Below the pieces are notes generated by a model, which saw nothing but the letters and a program-made list of their open reading frames with translations, searched no databases and was not told the DNA's origin. From an uncultured Planctomycetales bacterium (lineage in GTDB: Bacteria; Omnitrophota; Gorgyraeia; Zapsychrales; Fredricksoniimonadaceae): a stretch of DNA of 64,000 nucleotides. A program made the position numbers and the translations under genes. Numbering within the stretch: the stretch's first letter is position 1; every line of letters starts with the position of its first letter. This document shows, piece by piece, positions 38,198 through 47,665 of this stretch. The stretch is taken from positions 266,224 to 330,223 of the forward strand of contig CAZNDZ010000003.1 of assembly GCA_964572155.1 (NCBI GenBank). The letters are read 5' to 3'.

Positions 38198-40313
38198 GCA
38201 ATTCCAACGCTTCTACTGTTTGAGCTTGAATAGCGGTGATGGCCACCGTCGTAAAAATATCTTCAACCGTACACCCACGGCTTAAATCATTAACAGGTTT
38301 CTTTAAACCTTGTAAGACCGGACCAATGGCGACAATACCTGCTGAACGCTGCACGGCCTTATAAGTATTATTACCTGTATTTAAATCTGGAAAAACAAAG
38401 ACGGTGGCTCTACCAGCAACTTGACTATTTGGCATCTTCGTCTTTGCTGTAAACGCATCAACGGCGGTGTCATATTGCATGGGCCCGTCGATCATGATAT
38501 CAAGACCACTAGCTGCTGCCAATTCCTTGGCTAATCCTGTGGCAACACGCACCTTATCAACATCCACCCCTTTACCTGAATCACCCGAAGAGTAGGACAA
38601 CATGGCTACCCTTGGTTCGATGCCAAACGCTTTTGCGGTTTGCGCGGAACTGATGGCAATTTCAGCTAATTGTTGGGCATTGGGATCTGGATTAACAGCA
38701 CAATCACCATAGACCAGAACATGATCATGAAAACACATGAAAAACACACTTGAGACAATCGAACAATTAGGAACCGTCTTAATGATTTCTAAAGCTGGGC
38801 GAACGGTATTGGCTGTGCTATGAATAGCGCCGGAAACCATACCATCAGCCAATCCTTTATACACCATCATGGTCCCAAAATAGCTGGGGTCATTAAGCGC
38901 ATCCAAAGCCCGTTCCTTGGTCATGCCCTTATGTTTCTTTAACTCATAATATGTTTCAACAAACTCATTAAACAATGGAGAAACTAATGGATTAATGATC
39001 TTGGCTTTCTTAATATCTAGACCCAACTTGCTAGCCTTATCATAAATAACCCTCTCATCACCCAATAAAGTCAAATCTGCCACATCGCGCTGTAACAACA
39101 ATTCCGTCGCTGTTAGAATGCGCTCTTCTTCACCTTCGGCGAGTACAATATGACGTTTTTGTGAACGCGCTTTTTGAATCAATTCGTATTCAAACTTCTT
39201 GGGTGTGACAATTTCTGTTTTTACAGCAATGATTTTCTCCCGCAACTGATTTACAGGAACGCTCTTTTCAAATAATGATAAGACATGATTGATCTTCTTT
39301 GAATCATTGGGATCAATATTGGCGCGAATGGCATTAACCGCCGCGGCAATCGCAAACGTATCTTCCTTCACACTTAAAACCGGCACCATCTCAGGGAAAC
39401 CTTTGATCAAATCCCATACAGAATCTTCGGGTTCTAAGCCACCGGTTAATAATAAGCCCGCAATATTTTCTGTGTTGCGTGATGCCACCGACGCACAACA
39501 GGCCACAATCACATCGGCCCGATCACCTGGGGTGATGACCAACGCACGGTTCTTAACCCGCAATAAGAAATTACGCAGTTGCATCGCAGCAACGGTAAAA
39601 TGACTGACGTGGCGACCCATCATATGATCATTGAGCAACACCTTGGCATGCAACTGATCTGCCACTTGTTGCACCGTCGGCCAACCTAAATATGGCTCTT
39701 CCGGAATCGTGCAAATGATCTGCCCTTGAGCTAAAGAGGTTTGTTCTAATTGCGCCATGATTTGTGATTGTTGAGCAGGGTCAATGCGATTGATCACCGT
39801 GCAAATGGTTTCACAACCTTTAAGATTAAGCGACCCCATGGCTAATTGCGTCGAAGAAATAATTTGTTCAACATTTTTCTGATAAGCATTGGAAACAAGT
39901 AAAACAGGACAACCTAGGTTCTTGCTGATCTCAGCATTGATATCAAATTCATATGCCGCCGTCGAGGTATTGTAATCGGTGCCTTCTAACAAAATAAAAT
40001 CATACTGATCTTTCATGTTGTTGTATTTCTCAATGACCTTCTCAACAACAAAAGCTTTTTTGCCTTTAGACACCAGATCTTGAACTTGCTCAAAGGTAAA
40101 ACAGCTCATCTCCTCATAAGACGCTTTAAGCTTAAATTGGGTTGCAATCAATTCGATGTCTTTGTCTTTTTCACCCGGAGCTACCTGATTGATAATGGGG
40201 CGAAAAAAACCTACGCGGGCAATATTGCGGCAAAGCATTTCCATGATGCCTAAGGCCACAATGGATTTGCCACTGGAACTTTCTGTTGCGGTGATATAAA
40301 GATTTTTTGACAT
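38178..40313 (-). CDS. pta: phosphate acetyltransferase (long form with N-terminal DRTGG/BioD-like domain)
   Basis: 711 aa. N-terminal TATESSSGKS P-loop-like BioD fold. C-terminal phosphotransacetylase domain. Overlaps ackA by 20 nt. Confidence 0.9.
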   Translation of the reverse strand: MSKNLYITATESSSGKSIVALGIMEMLCRNIARVGFFRPIINQVAPGEKDKDIELIATQFKLKASYEEMSCFTFEQVQDLVSKGKKAFVVEKVIEKYNNMKDQYDFILLEGTDYNTSTAAYEFDINAEISKNLGCPVLLVSNAYQKNVEQIISSTQLAMGSLNLKGCETICTVINRIDPAQQSQIMAQLEQTSLAQGQIICTIPEEPYLGWPTVQQVADQLHAKVLLNDHMMGRHVSHFTVAAMQLRNFLLRVKNRALVITPGDRADVIVACCASVASRNTENIAGLLLTGGLEPEDSVWDLIKGFPEMVPVLSVKEDTFAIAAAVNAIRANIDPNDSKKINHVLSLFEKSVPVNQLREKIIAVKTEIVTPKKFEYELIQKARSQKRHIVLAEGEEERILTATELLLQRDVADLTLLGDERVIYDKASKLGLDIKKAKIINPLVSPLFNEFVETYYELKKHKGMTKERALDALNDPSYFGTMMVYKGLADGMVSGAIHSTANTVRPALEIIKTVPNCSIVSSVFFMCFHDHVLVYGDCAVNPDPNAQQLAEIAISSAQTAKAFGIEPRVAMLSYSSGDSGKGVDVDKVRVATGLAKELAAASGLDIMIDGPMQYDTAVDAFTAKTKMPNSQVAGRATVFVFPDLNTGNNTYKAVQRSAGIVAIGPVLQGLKKPVNDLSRGCTVEDIFTTVAITAIQAQTVEALELHENISH

Positions 40314-40338
40314 AGGCCATTCTTTCCTAAAATTAAAA

Positions 40339-40354
40339 AAATACCATAAGTAAT
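40339..40354. promoter_or_regulatory. perfect 16-bp palindrome AGTAATGATCATTACT in pta 5' region (candidate operator)
   Basis: Self-complementary over all 16 nt. Located 26-41 nt upstream of the pta start codon, in the 200-bp divergent pta / aspT-family intergenic region. Confidence 0.4.
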
Positions 40355-40512
40355 GATCATTACTGTAATTGTTATATATTATAGAATAAATACAGAATTA
40401 CACTAGAAAAGACCGTAGTAGTACTGATACGTATTTTCACCTATTGTTTCCTCGTCATTATTTCTTATAATTATGTTTTCTCAAAACAACATCTACCTGC
40501 TAGAAGGATCCT

Positions 40513-42180
40513 ATGTTATCCATTGAAAGTTTATTCGAAACACTCCATTTAACCCAGACTGCAATCAATTTAATTGCCATTGCTTTGACAATCGCTTTAG
40601 GACTTACCATTGGCCGTTTACGCTTTGGGCAAATTTCGATCGGCGTTGCAGGCGTCTTATTCTCGGGGATCTTCCTTTCTCATTTTGGCTTAAAAGCATC
40701 TCCTGAAATACTCGATTTCATCCGAGAATTTGGCCTGATTATCTTTGTCTACACGATTGGGGTTCACGTTGGCCCTAGATTTTTCAATAATTTCAAACAA
40801 AATGGGATCCAATTAAACATTTTAGCATTTGTCATTGTTTCCTTAAGCGTAGGTATTGCCTTTTTAGCCTATTACTTTGGAAAATTACCCATTGGCGCTG
40901 TTGTGGGCGTATTATCTGGCGCTACAACCAATACCCCTAGTTTAGGTGCAGCGCAACAAATCTTAAGTCAAAACAATGCCGAAGCTGTTAATTTATCTAC
41001 GATCGCCTATGCCATTGCCTACCCGATGGGTATTTTTGGCATCATCATCACCATGCTGGTTTTTAAGTTTTTTAAGAAAATTGATATCTCAAAAGAAATT
41101 CACCATTATGCCAAAGATAATTCAACCCACCTAATCGGCATGAATATCCTTGTCGAAAATAAAAATATTAATGGTCTTCAATTAAAACAAATCATTGAAT
41201 CCAATGATAGCTCGATCATTTTCTCGCGCTTGATGCATAAAAATGAGATTGTGTTACCCCATCATAATACTGTTTTGCATTTAGGCGATATCATTCGTGC
41301 AGTTGGCCCTAAAAACAGCATTGAGAAACTCTGCATATTTATAGGTTCAACATCCAATATCGCCTTAGAACAGATTGATAGTGATATTACAGGACGAAGG
41401 ATGGTTATCACAAACCAAAAAGCAGTCGGCAAAACAGTACAAGAACTTAACTTGCGTCAATCTTTTAGAGTAACCGCAACGCGCATCAGTCATGATAACT
41501 TTGAAATACCAGCTACCAATAACACCATTCTCTATTATGGTGATTCCATTTGGGTGGTTGGAGAACACGAAGATTTAGATAAATTCTCTAAATATATCGG
41601 TGATTCACAAACAGCTTTAAATCACCCTTTTATTTTGCCCATGTTTGTAGGCATGTTCTTAGGTATTATCGTCGGACAGATCCCGATCTATTTACCAGGA
41701 TTACCATCGCCCATCAAGATTGGTTTAGCTGGCGGTCCATTGATCGTGGCAATCCTTGCTAGCCGTTTAGGCCGCTTTGGGCATGTGGTGTGGTATTTAC
41801 CGACAAGTGCTAACCTCGTCATGCGCAAGTTCGGCATCTCACTTTTCCTCGCGTGCGTTGGCTTAAAATCAGGAGCCCATTTCGTTGAAACAGTTATGAC
41901 CACACAAGGTCTGATTTGGTTCTTATGGGGATGCGCCATTACCATCATACCGCTCATGATCGTAGGGGCTTATGCGTTGTGGAAAATGAACTTAAATTAT
42001 CTAACTGTTTGCGGACTTTTAGCAGGCAGCTTAACTGATCCACCGGCCTTGGTCTTCGCGAACAATTTAGGACAAAGCAATGCTCAATCTGTTGCTTACT
42101 CGACGATTTATCCTTTTGTCATGATCCTAAGGATCATTAGCATACAAATCTTAGTCATCGTGGTGGCCATGAGCGGTTAG
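40513..42180 (+). CDS. AspT/YidE/YbjL-family transporter (duplicated membrane domain with central TrkA_C domains)
   Basis: 555 aa. Two homologous 5-6 TM halves separated by a cytoplasmic region with two RCK_C/TrkA_C-like domains. Confidence 0.8.
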   Translation: MLSIESLFETLHLTQTAINLIAIALTIALGLTIGRLRFGQISIGVAGVLFSGIFLSHFGLKASPEILDFIREFGLIIFVYTIGVHVGPRFFNNFKQNGIQLNILAFVIVSLSVGIAFLAYYFGKLPIGAVVGVLSGATTNTPSLGAAQQILSQNNAEAVNLSTIAYAIAYPMGIFGIIITMLVFKFFKKIDISKEIHHYAKDNSTHLIGMNILVENKNINGLQLKQIIESNDSSIIFSRLMHKNEIVLPHHNTVLHLGDIIRAVGPKNSIEKLCIFIGSTSNIALEQIDSDITGRRMVITNQKAVGKTVQELNLRQSFRVTATRISHDNFEIPATNNTILYYGDSIWVVGEHEDLDKFSKYIGDSQTALNHPFILPMFVGMFLGIIVGQIPIYLPGLPSPIKIGLAGGPLIVAILASRLGRFGHVVWYLPTSANLVMRKFGISLFLACVGLKSGAHFVETVMTTQGLIWFLWGCAITIIPLMIVGAYALWKMNLNYLTVCGLLAGSLTDPPALVFANNLGQSNAQSVAYSTIYPFVMILRIISIQILVIVVAMSG

Positions 42181-42713
42181 CGACCAGGGCTCTGGGGAAC
42201 TTTACGTACCTTTGAGATGTCGTATCCTTGATCAGCTAGCATGCGCAATAATGCTTGATACTCCTCTTCTGGAATTTGTGGTGTTCGTGCTTGTATCCAA
42301 AAGAAATCTCGCTTATTACGCGCAATCACCGTCTGACTATAATCTTCTTTAAGATACGTAATCAAGAACTCTGCTTTAAACGGCCAAATAAATTGCATGC
42401 CCCACGTTGAATTATTAACCTTATCAATAACAAATCCTCGAGGGTTATATCGCTTTAAAGGCCCATCAAAACCACCCTGATTAAATGTAAAAATCGTATT
42501 AATGCTACCATCCGGCAAACGCTGATATTCTTCGATCGCATTAAACGCCTTGGTTTCAATGAATGTTGGGATGCATGCAATCACATACCAAGGCCCCATA
42601 TAACGATCAAGATCAACATGATCAACCGTTTTAAGTTTAGGCATTGAACTCGCACAACCCATCATAAATAACGACACAACCAACACCATTACCTTTTTTA
42701 GAACCATATCCAC
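42177..42713 (-). CDS. blc: bacterial lipocalin (Blc-like outer-membrane lipoprotein)
   Basis: 178 aa. Lipobox MMGC. The sequence DLDRYMGPWYVIA matches the lipocalin SCR1 pattern (GxWY). Confidence 0.7.
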   Translation of the reverse strand: MDMVLKKVMVLVVSLFMMGCASSMPKLKTVDHVDLDRYMGPWYVIACIPTFIETKAFNAIEEYQRLPDGSINTIFTFNQGGFDGPLKRYNPRGFVIDKVNNSTWGMQFIWPFKAEFLITYLKEDYSQTVIARNKRDFFWIQARTPQIPEEEYQALLRMLADQGYDISKVRKVPQSPGR

Positions 42714-42843
42714 CTCTTATATTAAAACACCTGTAAATTCATTATTTCTAATAGGTTACAATCTTAGCACAAAATTCAAATATGTTATACTTTAATTAGA
42801 TGTTAAGTGCGGCGTTCTTAACCATCTAAAGAGAGGGGCAAAT

Positions 42844-43416
42844 ATGTTTAAACAATTTCTGTCTTTCTTCGTCATTATAACATTCCCTATGAGCACCTGC
42901 TTTGCCGATCCATCAAACACATTGCCAGTACAAACGATGTTGCCAACACAAGCACAACAGATGCAGCCAGTCGAGCAACTCAAACCCATTGTCATTAAAC
43001 CTGTTGCTTTAAAAGAAATACAAACGCCAGCATTAGCACCTCGAATAAAGAATACTGAATATGGAGATTTTCTTGCCTACGCATCTTTAGAGGAACGTAA
43101 ACCAGAGAAAAAAATCGCCTTAGTCAAAGTTAACAATACCCGAAAAAAACAAGCCTTTATGTTCGTATTTTTAATGAATCGCCAAAAACCGCAAGAAGCA
43201 CCTAAAGAAGACCTTGCTAAAAAACGTAAACACATGCACATCATGTGGACAGGATCCAAAAAATTAATGCCTAAACAAAAGAACATTGAAAATAAATATC
43301 CCATCGATGTGTCAATCGACAATTATTCCGACGGCTTTGTTCCTGGGGAATGGAATTTAGCATTGCCTGACAAGAAGCCTCGAGAGGTATCAATATCTTT
43401 CTTGTGGTCGTTTTAG
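42844..43416 (+). CDS. hypothetical secreted Pro/Gln/Lys-rich protein
   Basis: 190 aa with signal peptide. No recognisable domain. Confidence 0.35.
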   Translation: MFKQFLSFFVIITFPMSTCFADPSNTLPVQTMLPTQAQQMQPVEQLKPIVIKPVALKEIQTPALAPRIKNTEYGDFLAYASLEERKPEKKIALVKVNNTRKKQAFMFVFLMNRQKPQEAPKEDLAKKRKHMHIMWTGSKKLMPKQKNIENKYPIDVSIDNYSDGFVPGEWNLALPDKKPREVSISFLWSF

Positions 43417-43531
43417 AAGTTTATTTGCGGCTTGATAAAGCTCAAGTAACACTTGCGTCTAGTGATAACCGACTTTACACTAGAAACTAATAAGATTTAT
43501 CAACTAATCTATAACGCCCAAGGAGATCACA

Positions 43532-44857
43532 TTGGAAAATCTTTGGAATAACATCAAAGGCGATCTTGTCAAACTCGCAAGCCTTCCCCATCTGTTGAAT
43601 TTCCTAAAAGAAGCAAACACCGAAGAGCTCATGTTGCTTTTAGATCAAGCGCGAAAGATCCAGAAACGCAAGAATCCAAAATTCCCTCCCATCAATGGTG
43701 ACTTTTATGACGTTCAAGCGTTACTAACCGACGATGATCGAAAACTCCTTGGTGAAGTGCGTGAATTCATGGTTAAAAAGATTGATCCAATCGCAAATGA
43801 ATATTGGGCAAAAGCTGAGTTCCCATTTCATATCATCGCTGATCTTAAAAAGCTAAATATCATTGGTTTAACCATGGATAAATCTGTTGGTGGCCAAGAA
43901 CGTTCTTATTTGTTGGAAGGCATGATCGGGCAAGAAATCGCTCGGGTTGACACATCCGTTTGTACTTTCTTTGGGGTTCATAGTGGATTGGCCATGAATT
44001 CGATCGACATGTGTGGATCCGATGAACAACGTAAACAATTTTTACCGTCGATGATAACGCTAGATAAGATTGGTGCCTTTGGTTTAACAGAACCTGATGT
44101 AGGTTCAGCAGCTTCCATGGGACTTAAAACAACCGCCAAACGCAATGGCGACACATGGACCATTAATGGACAAAAGAAATGGATCGGCAATGCAACATTT
44201 GCGGACTATATCATCATTTGGGCCAAAGATGTCGACGACAATCATGTCAAAGGCTTCATTGTTGACCGTCAAACTGAAGGATTAACGACGGAAAAGATCG
44301 AACACAAATTATCCCTACGCACTGTTCAAAATGCGCTGATCACACTGAAAGACTGCAAGGTCAAAGAAGAACGTCGTCTACAAAAAGCAAACACATTTAA
44401 AGATACCGCCGCTGTTTTAAAGAAAACCCGCGCCGGCGTGGCATGGCAAGCAGTCGGTTGCGCTCGAGGCGCCTATGAAAACACATTGGCGTATACCCTT
44501 AAACGTGAACAATTTGGACGCCCCATTGCAGGTTTTCAGTTAACCCAAGACATGTTGGCGCACATGCTCTCTCAAATCACCGCCATGCAATGCATGGTTG
44601 CACGTTTGAGCCAATTGCAGGACCTTGGTAGACTCACCGACGAACAAGCGTCGCTTGCAAAAATATTTTGCACTGTCAATTGCCGACAAGTCACAAGCAT
44701 GTCCAGAGAACTCATGGGTGGAAATGGCATCTTGCTGTCTCAAAATGTAGCCCGCTTCTTGGCAGATGCTGAAGCCTTATATTCTTATGAAGGAACAAAG
44801 CAAATTAATAGCTTGGTCGTTGGTCGTGCTATCACAGGGATGAGTGCGTTTACTTAA
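43532..44857 (+). CDS. gcdH: glutaryl-CoA dehydrogenase-like acyl-CoA dehydrogenase
   Basis: 441 aa. ACAD fold motifs. C-terminus YEGT..I..LVVGRAITGMSAFT closely mirrors GCDH termini. About 50-aa N-terminal extension. Confidence 0.8.
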   Translation: MENLWNNIKGDLVKLASLPHLLNFLKEANTEELMLLLDQARKIQKRKNPKFPPINGDFYDVQALLTDDDRKLLGEVREFMVKKIDPIANEYWAKAEFPFHIIADLKKLNIIGLTMDKSVGGQERSYLLEGMIGQEIARVDTSVCTFFGVHSGLAMNSIDMCGSDEQRKQFLPSMITLDKIGAFGLTEPDVGSAASMGLKTTAKRNGDTWTINGQKKWIGNATFADYIIIWAKDVDDNHVKGFIVDRQTEGLTTEKIEHKLSLRTVQNALITLKDCKVKEERRLQKANTFKDTAAVLKKTRAGVAWQAVGCARGAYENTLAYTLKREQFGRPIAGFQLTQDMLAHMLSQITAMQCMVARLSQLQDLGRLTDEQASLAKIFCTVNCRQVTSMSRELMGGNGILLSQNVARFLADAEALYSYEGTKQINSLVVGRAITGMSAFT

Positions 44858-45275
44858 AGTTTGCGGTGACATCTTTTTGAATAGCAATGTAGTGACTGAC
44901 ATTACCTGATTCATTGGAATAACCAATAACCTTCCATTCCATCATAAACTCTGTCCCATCCTTGCGATAATTGATCGCTTGTCCATGAAACGGCGTTCCA
45001 CTGCGGATATTTTCACTTAAACGTTTCAGTACAGCCTGATCCGTCTTGGGACCTTGCAAGAACGAAGGGCTTCGCCCCACACATTCATGCTGGGCATAAC
45101 CTGTAATGCGTGTGAATGCCTGATTGATATAAACAATGGGAAATCCTTTTTCTGCTGTTGTGATCATAAACGCATCAAAGGAACACTGCATCGCTAATTC
45201 AAAAAGTTTATCAGGTATCTGACGATTCTGCTCTTCGACGACAAACTTAATTTCTTCTTCTTTGTTCTTAAACAT
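44850..45275 (-). CDS. short LOV-like PAS domain protein lacking the photoactive cysteine
   Basis: 141 aa. GRSPSFLQGPKTD aligns with LOV GRNCRFLQGPETD but with Cys->Pro. NYRKDGTEF block conserved. Confidence 0.65.
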   Translation of the reverse strand: MFKNKEEEIKFVVEEQNRQIPDKLFELAMQCSFDAFMITTAEKGFPIVYINQAFTRITGYAQHECVGRSPSFLQGPKTDQAVLKRLSENIRSGTPFHGQAINYRKDGTEFMMEWKVIGYSNESGNVSHYIAIQKDVTANFK

Positions 45276-45277
45276 TT

Positions 45278-46063
45278 TTAACCCTTTTGTTTATTAAGTG
45301 TTAAATCATATTGGTTATATTTAATTTTCCAAGTCTTAGGATTCTCACGGATGCTCTGTGCAACGGCTTGAGGCAAATATTTGGATATAAAAAGCAATAC
45401 CTCTCCTTGATCCTTTCCAAAATCCTTAGACGACCAATTAAATAATGGCGATAGCGTGGCTGTTTTTGTCATCGGATCAAACGTATTCAATCGGACGTCA
45501 TTAATAAAGGTTCGCGTTTGATCATCCATCTGTTGGTCAATGATAGCGCCTTCATACGCTTCACTGCGAAAAGCCCCACAACCAATCGCTCCACAGGCAA
45601 TGGCAAATTGAATGCGTGGATCTTTAAACCTTGGACGAAGTATTTCATGATCAACCTGTCTTAAGTTATATGCCCTTTGATTGACAATAACAAACGGCCT
45701 ATCCCAGACCGACTTTTTTAAGACAACCGATAAAACCAAACCGCCAGAATTTAAATCATTCACACTACGAATCGGATACTTTTGACAAATCGCATCCAAG
45801 GAATATGCGCTATACACATTCAGCCAAAATGCAAAACGATCGTTATTTTCATTAATAGCGTCGGGATCAATAAATTGTACGCGTTTGATATATTGTTTTA
45901 ACTGATTATCCTTACAGAGCCCTTGAAAGTTAGTAGCCCCATCACGGACATAGGTCGATAGGACTTTGGTTAAATCATCGTGCATATTTGCTGCCATGAC
46001 CGATTTTGGCGCGATCATAACGGATATGACAACAAACAAGCCCACATATAATTTATTCATCAT
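45278..46063 (-). CDS. DUF547 domain protein (secreted)
   Basis: 261 aa. Signal peptide. AFWLNVYSAYSLD and IACGAIGCGAF blocks match DUF547 signatures (AFWINxYN, CAxxxCP). Confidence 0.6.
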   Translation of the reverse strand: MMNKLYVGLFVVISVMIAPKSVMAANMHDDLTKVLSTYVRDGATNFQGLCKDNQLKQYIKRVQFIDPDAINENNDRFAFWLNVYSAYSLDAICQKYPIRSVNDLNSGGLVLSVVLKKSVWDRPFVIVNQRAYNLRQVDHEILRPRFKDPRIQFAIACGAIGCGAFRSEAYEGAIIDQQMDDQTRTFINDVRLNTFDPMTKTATLSPLFNWSSKDFGKDQGEVLLFISKYLPQAVAQSIRENPKTWKIKYNQYDLTLNKQKG

Positions 46064-46092
46064 GATCCTTTATTAATACTCCATTGCTAAAC

Positions 46093-46659
46093 TTAAACAG
46101 CACGGTTTAAACCAAGCACCTGTTCTTTTAAATGACGATCAAAAGGTTTCTTGCCGATCCATACAGCAAAAAGGGCTTTGGCAAAATCGTTACCCTTGAT
46201 TGTGCCAACTAATTGTCCATTATAGGCAAATTGCGTACCAATGGCAGGAATATACGTTAAAGAAAATCTGTCCCCTGGTTTTAAATCTACAAAATATTGC
46301 GACATTTGTTTGATTTCATCTTCTAATGATGCCAGATCAGATGCACTAATATTTTTCTTCATGGTCTCAATGGTAAAATCATTGAGCTTAGCCCCTGGAA
46401 TATTGACAAAATATTCTGCTTCGATTCTTTTTGGATAGTTCCCTAATAGATCCGTGTCATCCCCTTCGCCTTTATAAAAACCTGCGGCAAAAGCTTTAAA
46501 GAGGAACATGGTCTTAAGGCCTGCACCTTGAAGCGACATCGTGGTGTTTTGATCAATATAGGTCTTATTAAATGTAACACCTGCGACTTCTGTGGCAGAT
46601 GCATTGAACGTAATGCTTAAGCAGATTATGAACAGCAAGATCGAAATTTTTTGAATCAT
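46093..46659 (-). CDS. chalcone-isomerase-like (CHI fold) secreted protein
   Basis: 188 aa. Signal peptide. Its length and beta-rich pattern are consistent with the CHI-like/fatty-acid-binding family. Assigned by weak similarity only. Confidence 0.45.
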   Translation of the reverse strand: MIQKISILLFIICLSITFNASATEVAGVTFNKTYIDQNTTMSLQGAGLKTMFLFKAFAAGFYKGEGDDTDLLGNYPKRIEAEYFVNIPGAKLNDFTIETMKKNISASDLASLEDEIKQMSQYFVDLKPGDRFSLTYIPAIGTQFAYNGQLVGTIKGNDFAKALFAVWIGKKPFDRHLKEQVLGLNRAV

Positions 46660-46781
46660 GTCCTACCTCCTTGTTTCACCTACTGTAAGGATAACAGGAA
46701 TGTAGAAGCCATCAACGCCTCTTTAACATGTATATAATGTGTATATAAAAATACACAGTATAAAGAATACTAAAATTATTC

Positions 46782-47597
46782 TTAAAGTGTTTGAAGATAT
46801 GTGGTTAGGTTTATGTCTTTGTTTAGTACGCCTAATTTACTGCGGATCTTATTACGATGGGTCTCTACGGTCTTGAGGGAAATGCTTAACATGTCACTTA
46901 TGGCCTTGCTGCTAACCCCGCCTTTGATCAAATTGGCTATTTCCACTTCTCTGGGTGATAATTTAAACCGCTTCTGGGAAACATTGCGGCCAAAGGACGA
47001 TGTCAGGCTTTTGATACTTTGTTCAAGCACATCAATGTATTGTCGATCAAGCGCCGTTCCCTTTCTGCGCATTTTCTTTAATGCCGGCAACAATACTTCT
47101 TCGACATTTAAAATAACATCATCTTTAATGATCTTCTTTTCAATCTCAACTTGCTCAATGATTTCTTTTAAGGCAATGTTCTTACTTTCAATAGCCTGCT
47201 CTGATTCTTTTCTCTTGGTGATATCGCGTTGAATCGCAACATAACAATCAATGGCGCCTGCATCATCTCTGATAGGCTCAATATGCCATTCGTTCCAGAA
47301 TTCCGTTCCGTCTTTGCGGTAATTAATCGACTGACCAAAAAATACGTTACCTGATTCTAACGTTGCCTTTAAGCGTTGCAAAACCCCTCGATCAGTTTTA
47401 GGACCTTGGAAAATCCTTGGTGTCTTGCCGATAACTTCTTGTGGAGCATATCCAAACATTTTTGTAAACCCAGGATTAACGTACATGATCTTAGGGCCAG
47501 GTAAATCTAAATCTTTGGTCGTAATGATAATGGAATCTTCCGAGAAACGCACGACGGAGGCAAGCAATTGATCTGAGATTTTATATTCTTTATGCAC
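46782..47597 (-). CDS. LOV-like PAS + LuxR-type HTH transcriptional regulator (Cys-less LOV-HTH)
   Basis: 271 aa. GKTPRIFQGPKTD LOV-like block (Cys->Pro). C-terminal LSPREVEIANLI..G.S.K.I...L.IS..TV..H LuxR HTH. Confidence 0.75.
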   Translation of the reverse strand: MHKEYKISDQLLASVVRFSEDSIIITTKDLDLPGPKIMYVNPGFTKMFGYAPQEVIGKTPRIFQGPKTDRGVLQRLKATLESGNVFFGQSINYRKDGTEFWNEWHIEPIRDDAGAIDCYVAIQRDITKRKESEQAIESKNIALKEIIEQVEIEKKIIKDDVILNVEEVLLPALKKMRRKGTALDRQYIDVLEQSIKSLTSSFGRNVSQKRFKLSPREVEIANLIKGGVSSKAISDMLSISLKTVETHRNKIRSKLGVLNKDINLTTYLQTL

Positions 47598-47665
47598 AAA
47601 GGCATTATAACAGACTTATAAGTATTTTTAACGACATCACGTTCTTTTTTGTTACATTATATGAC

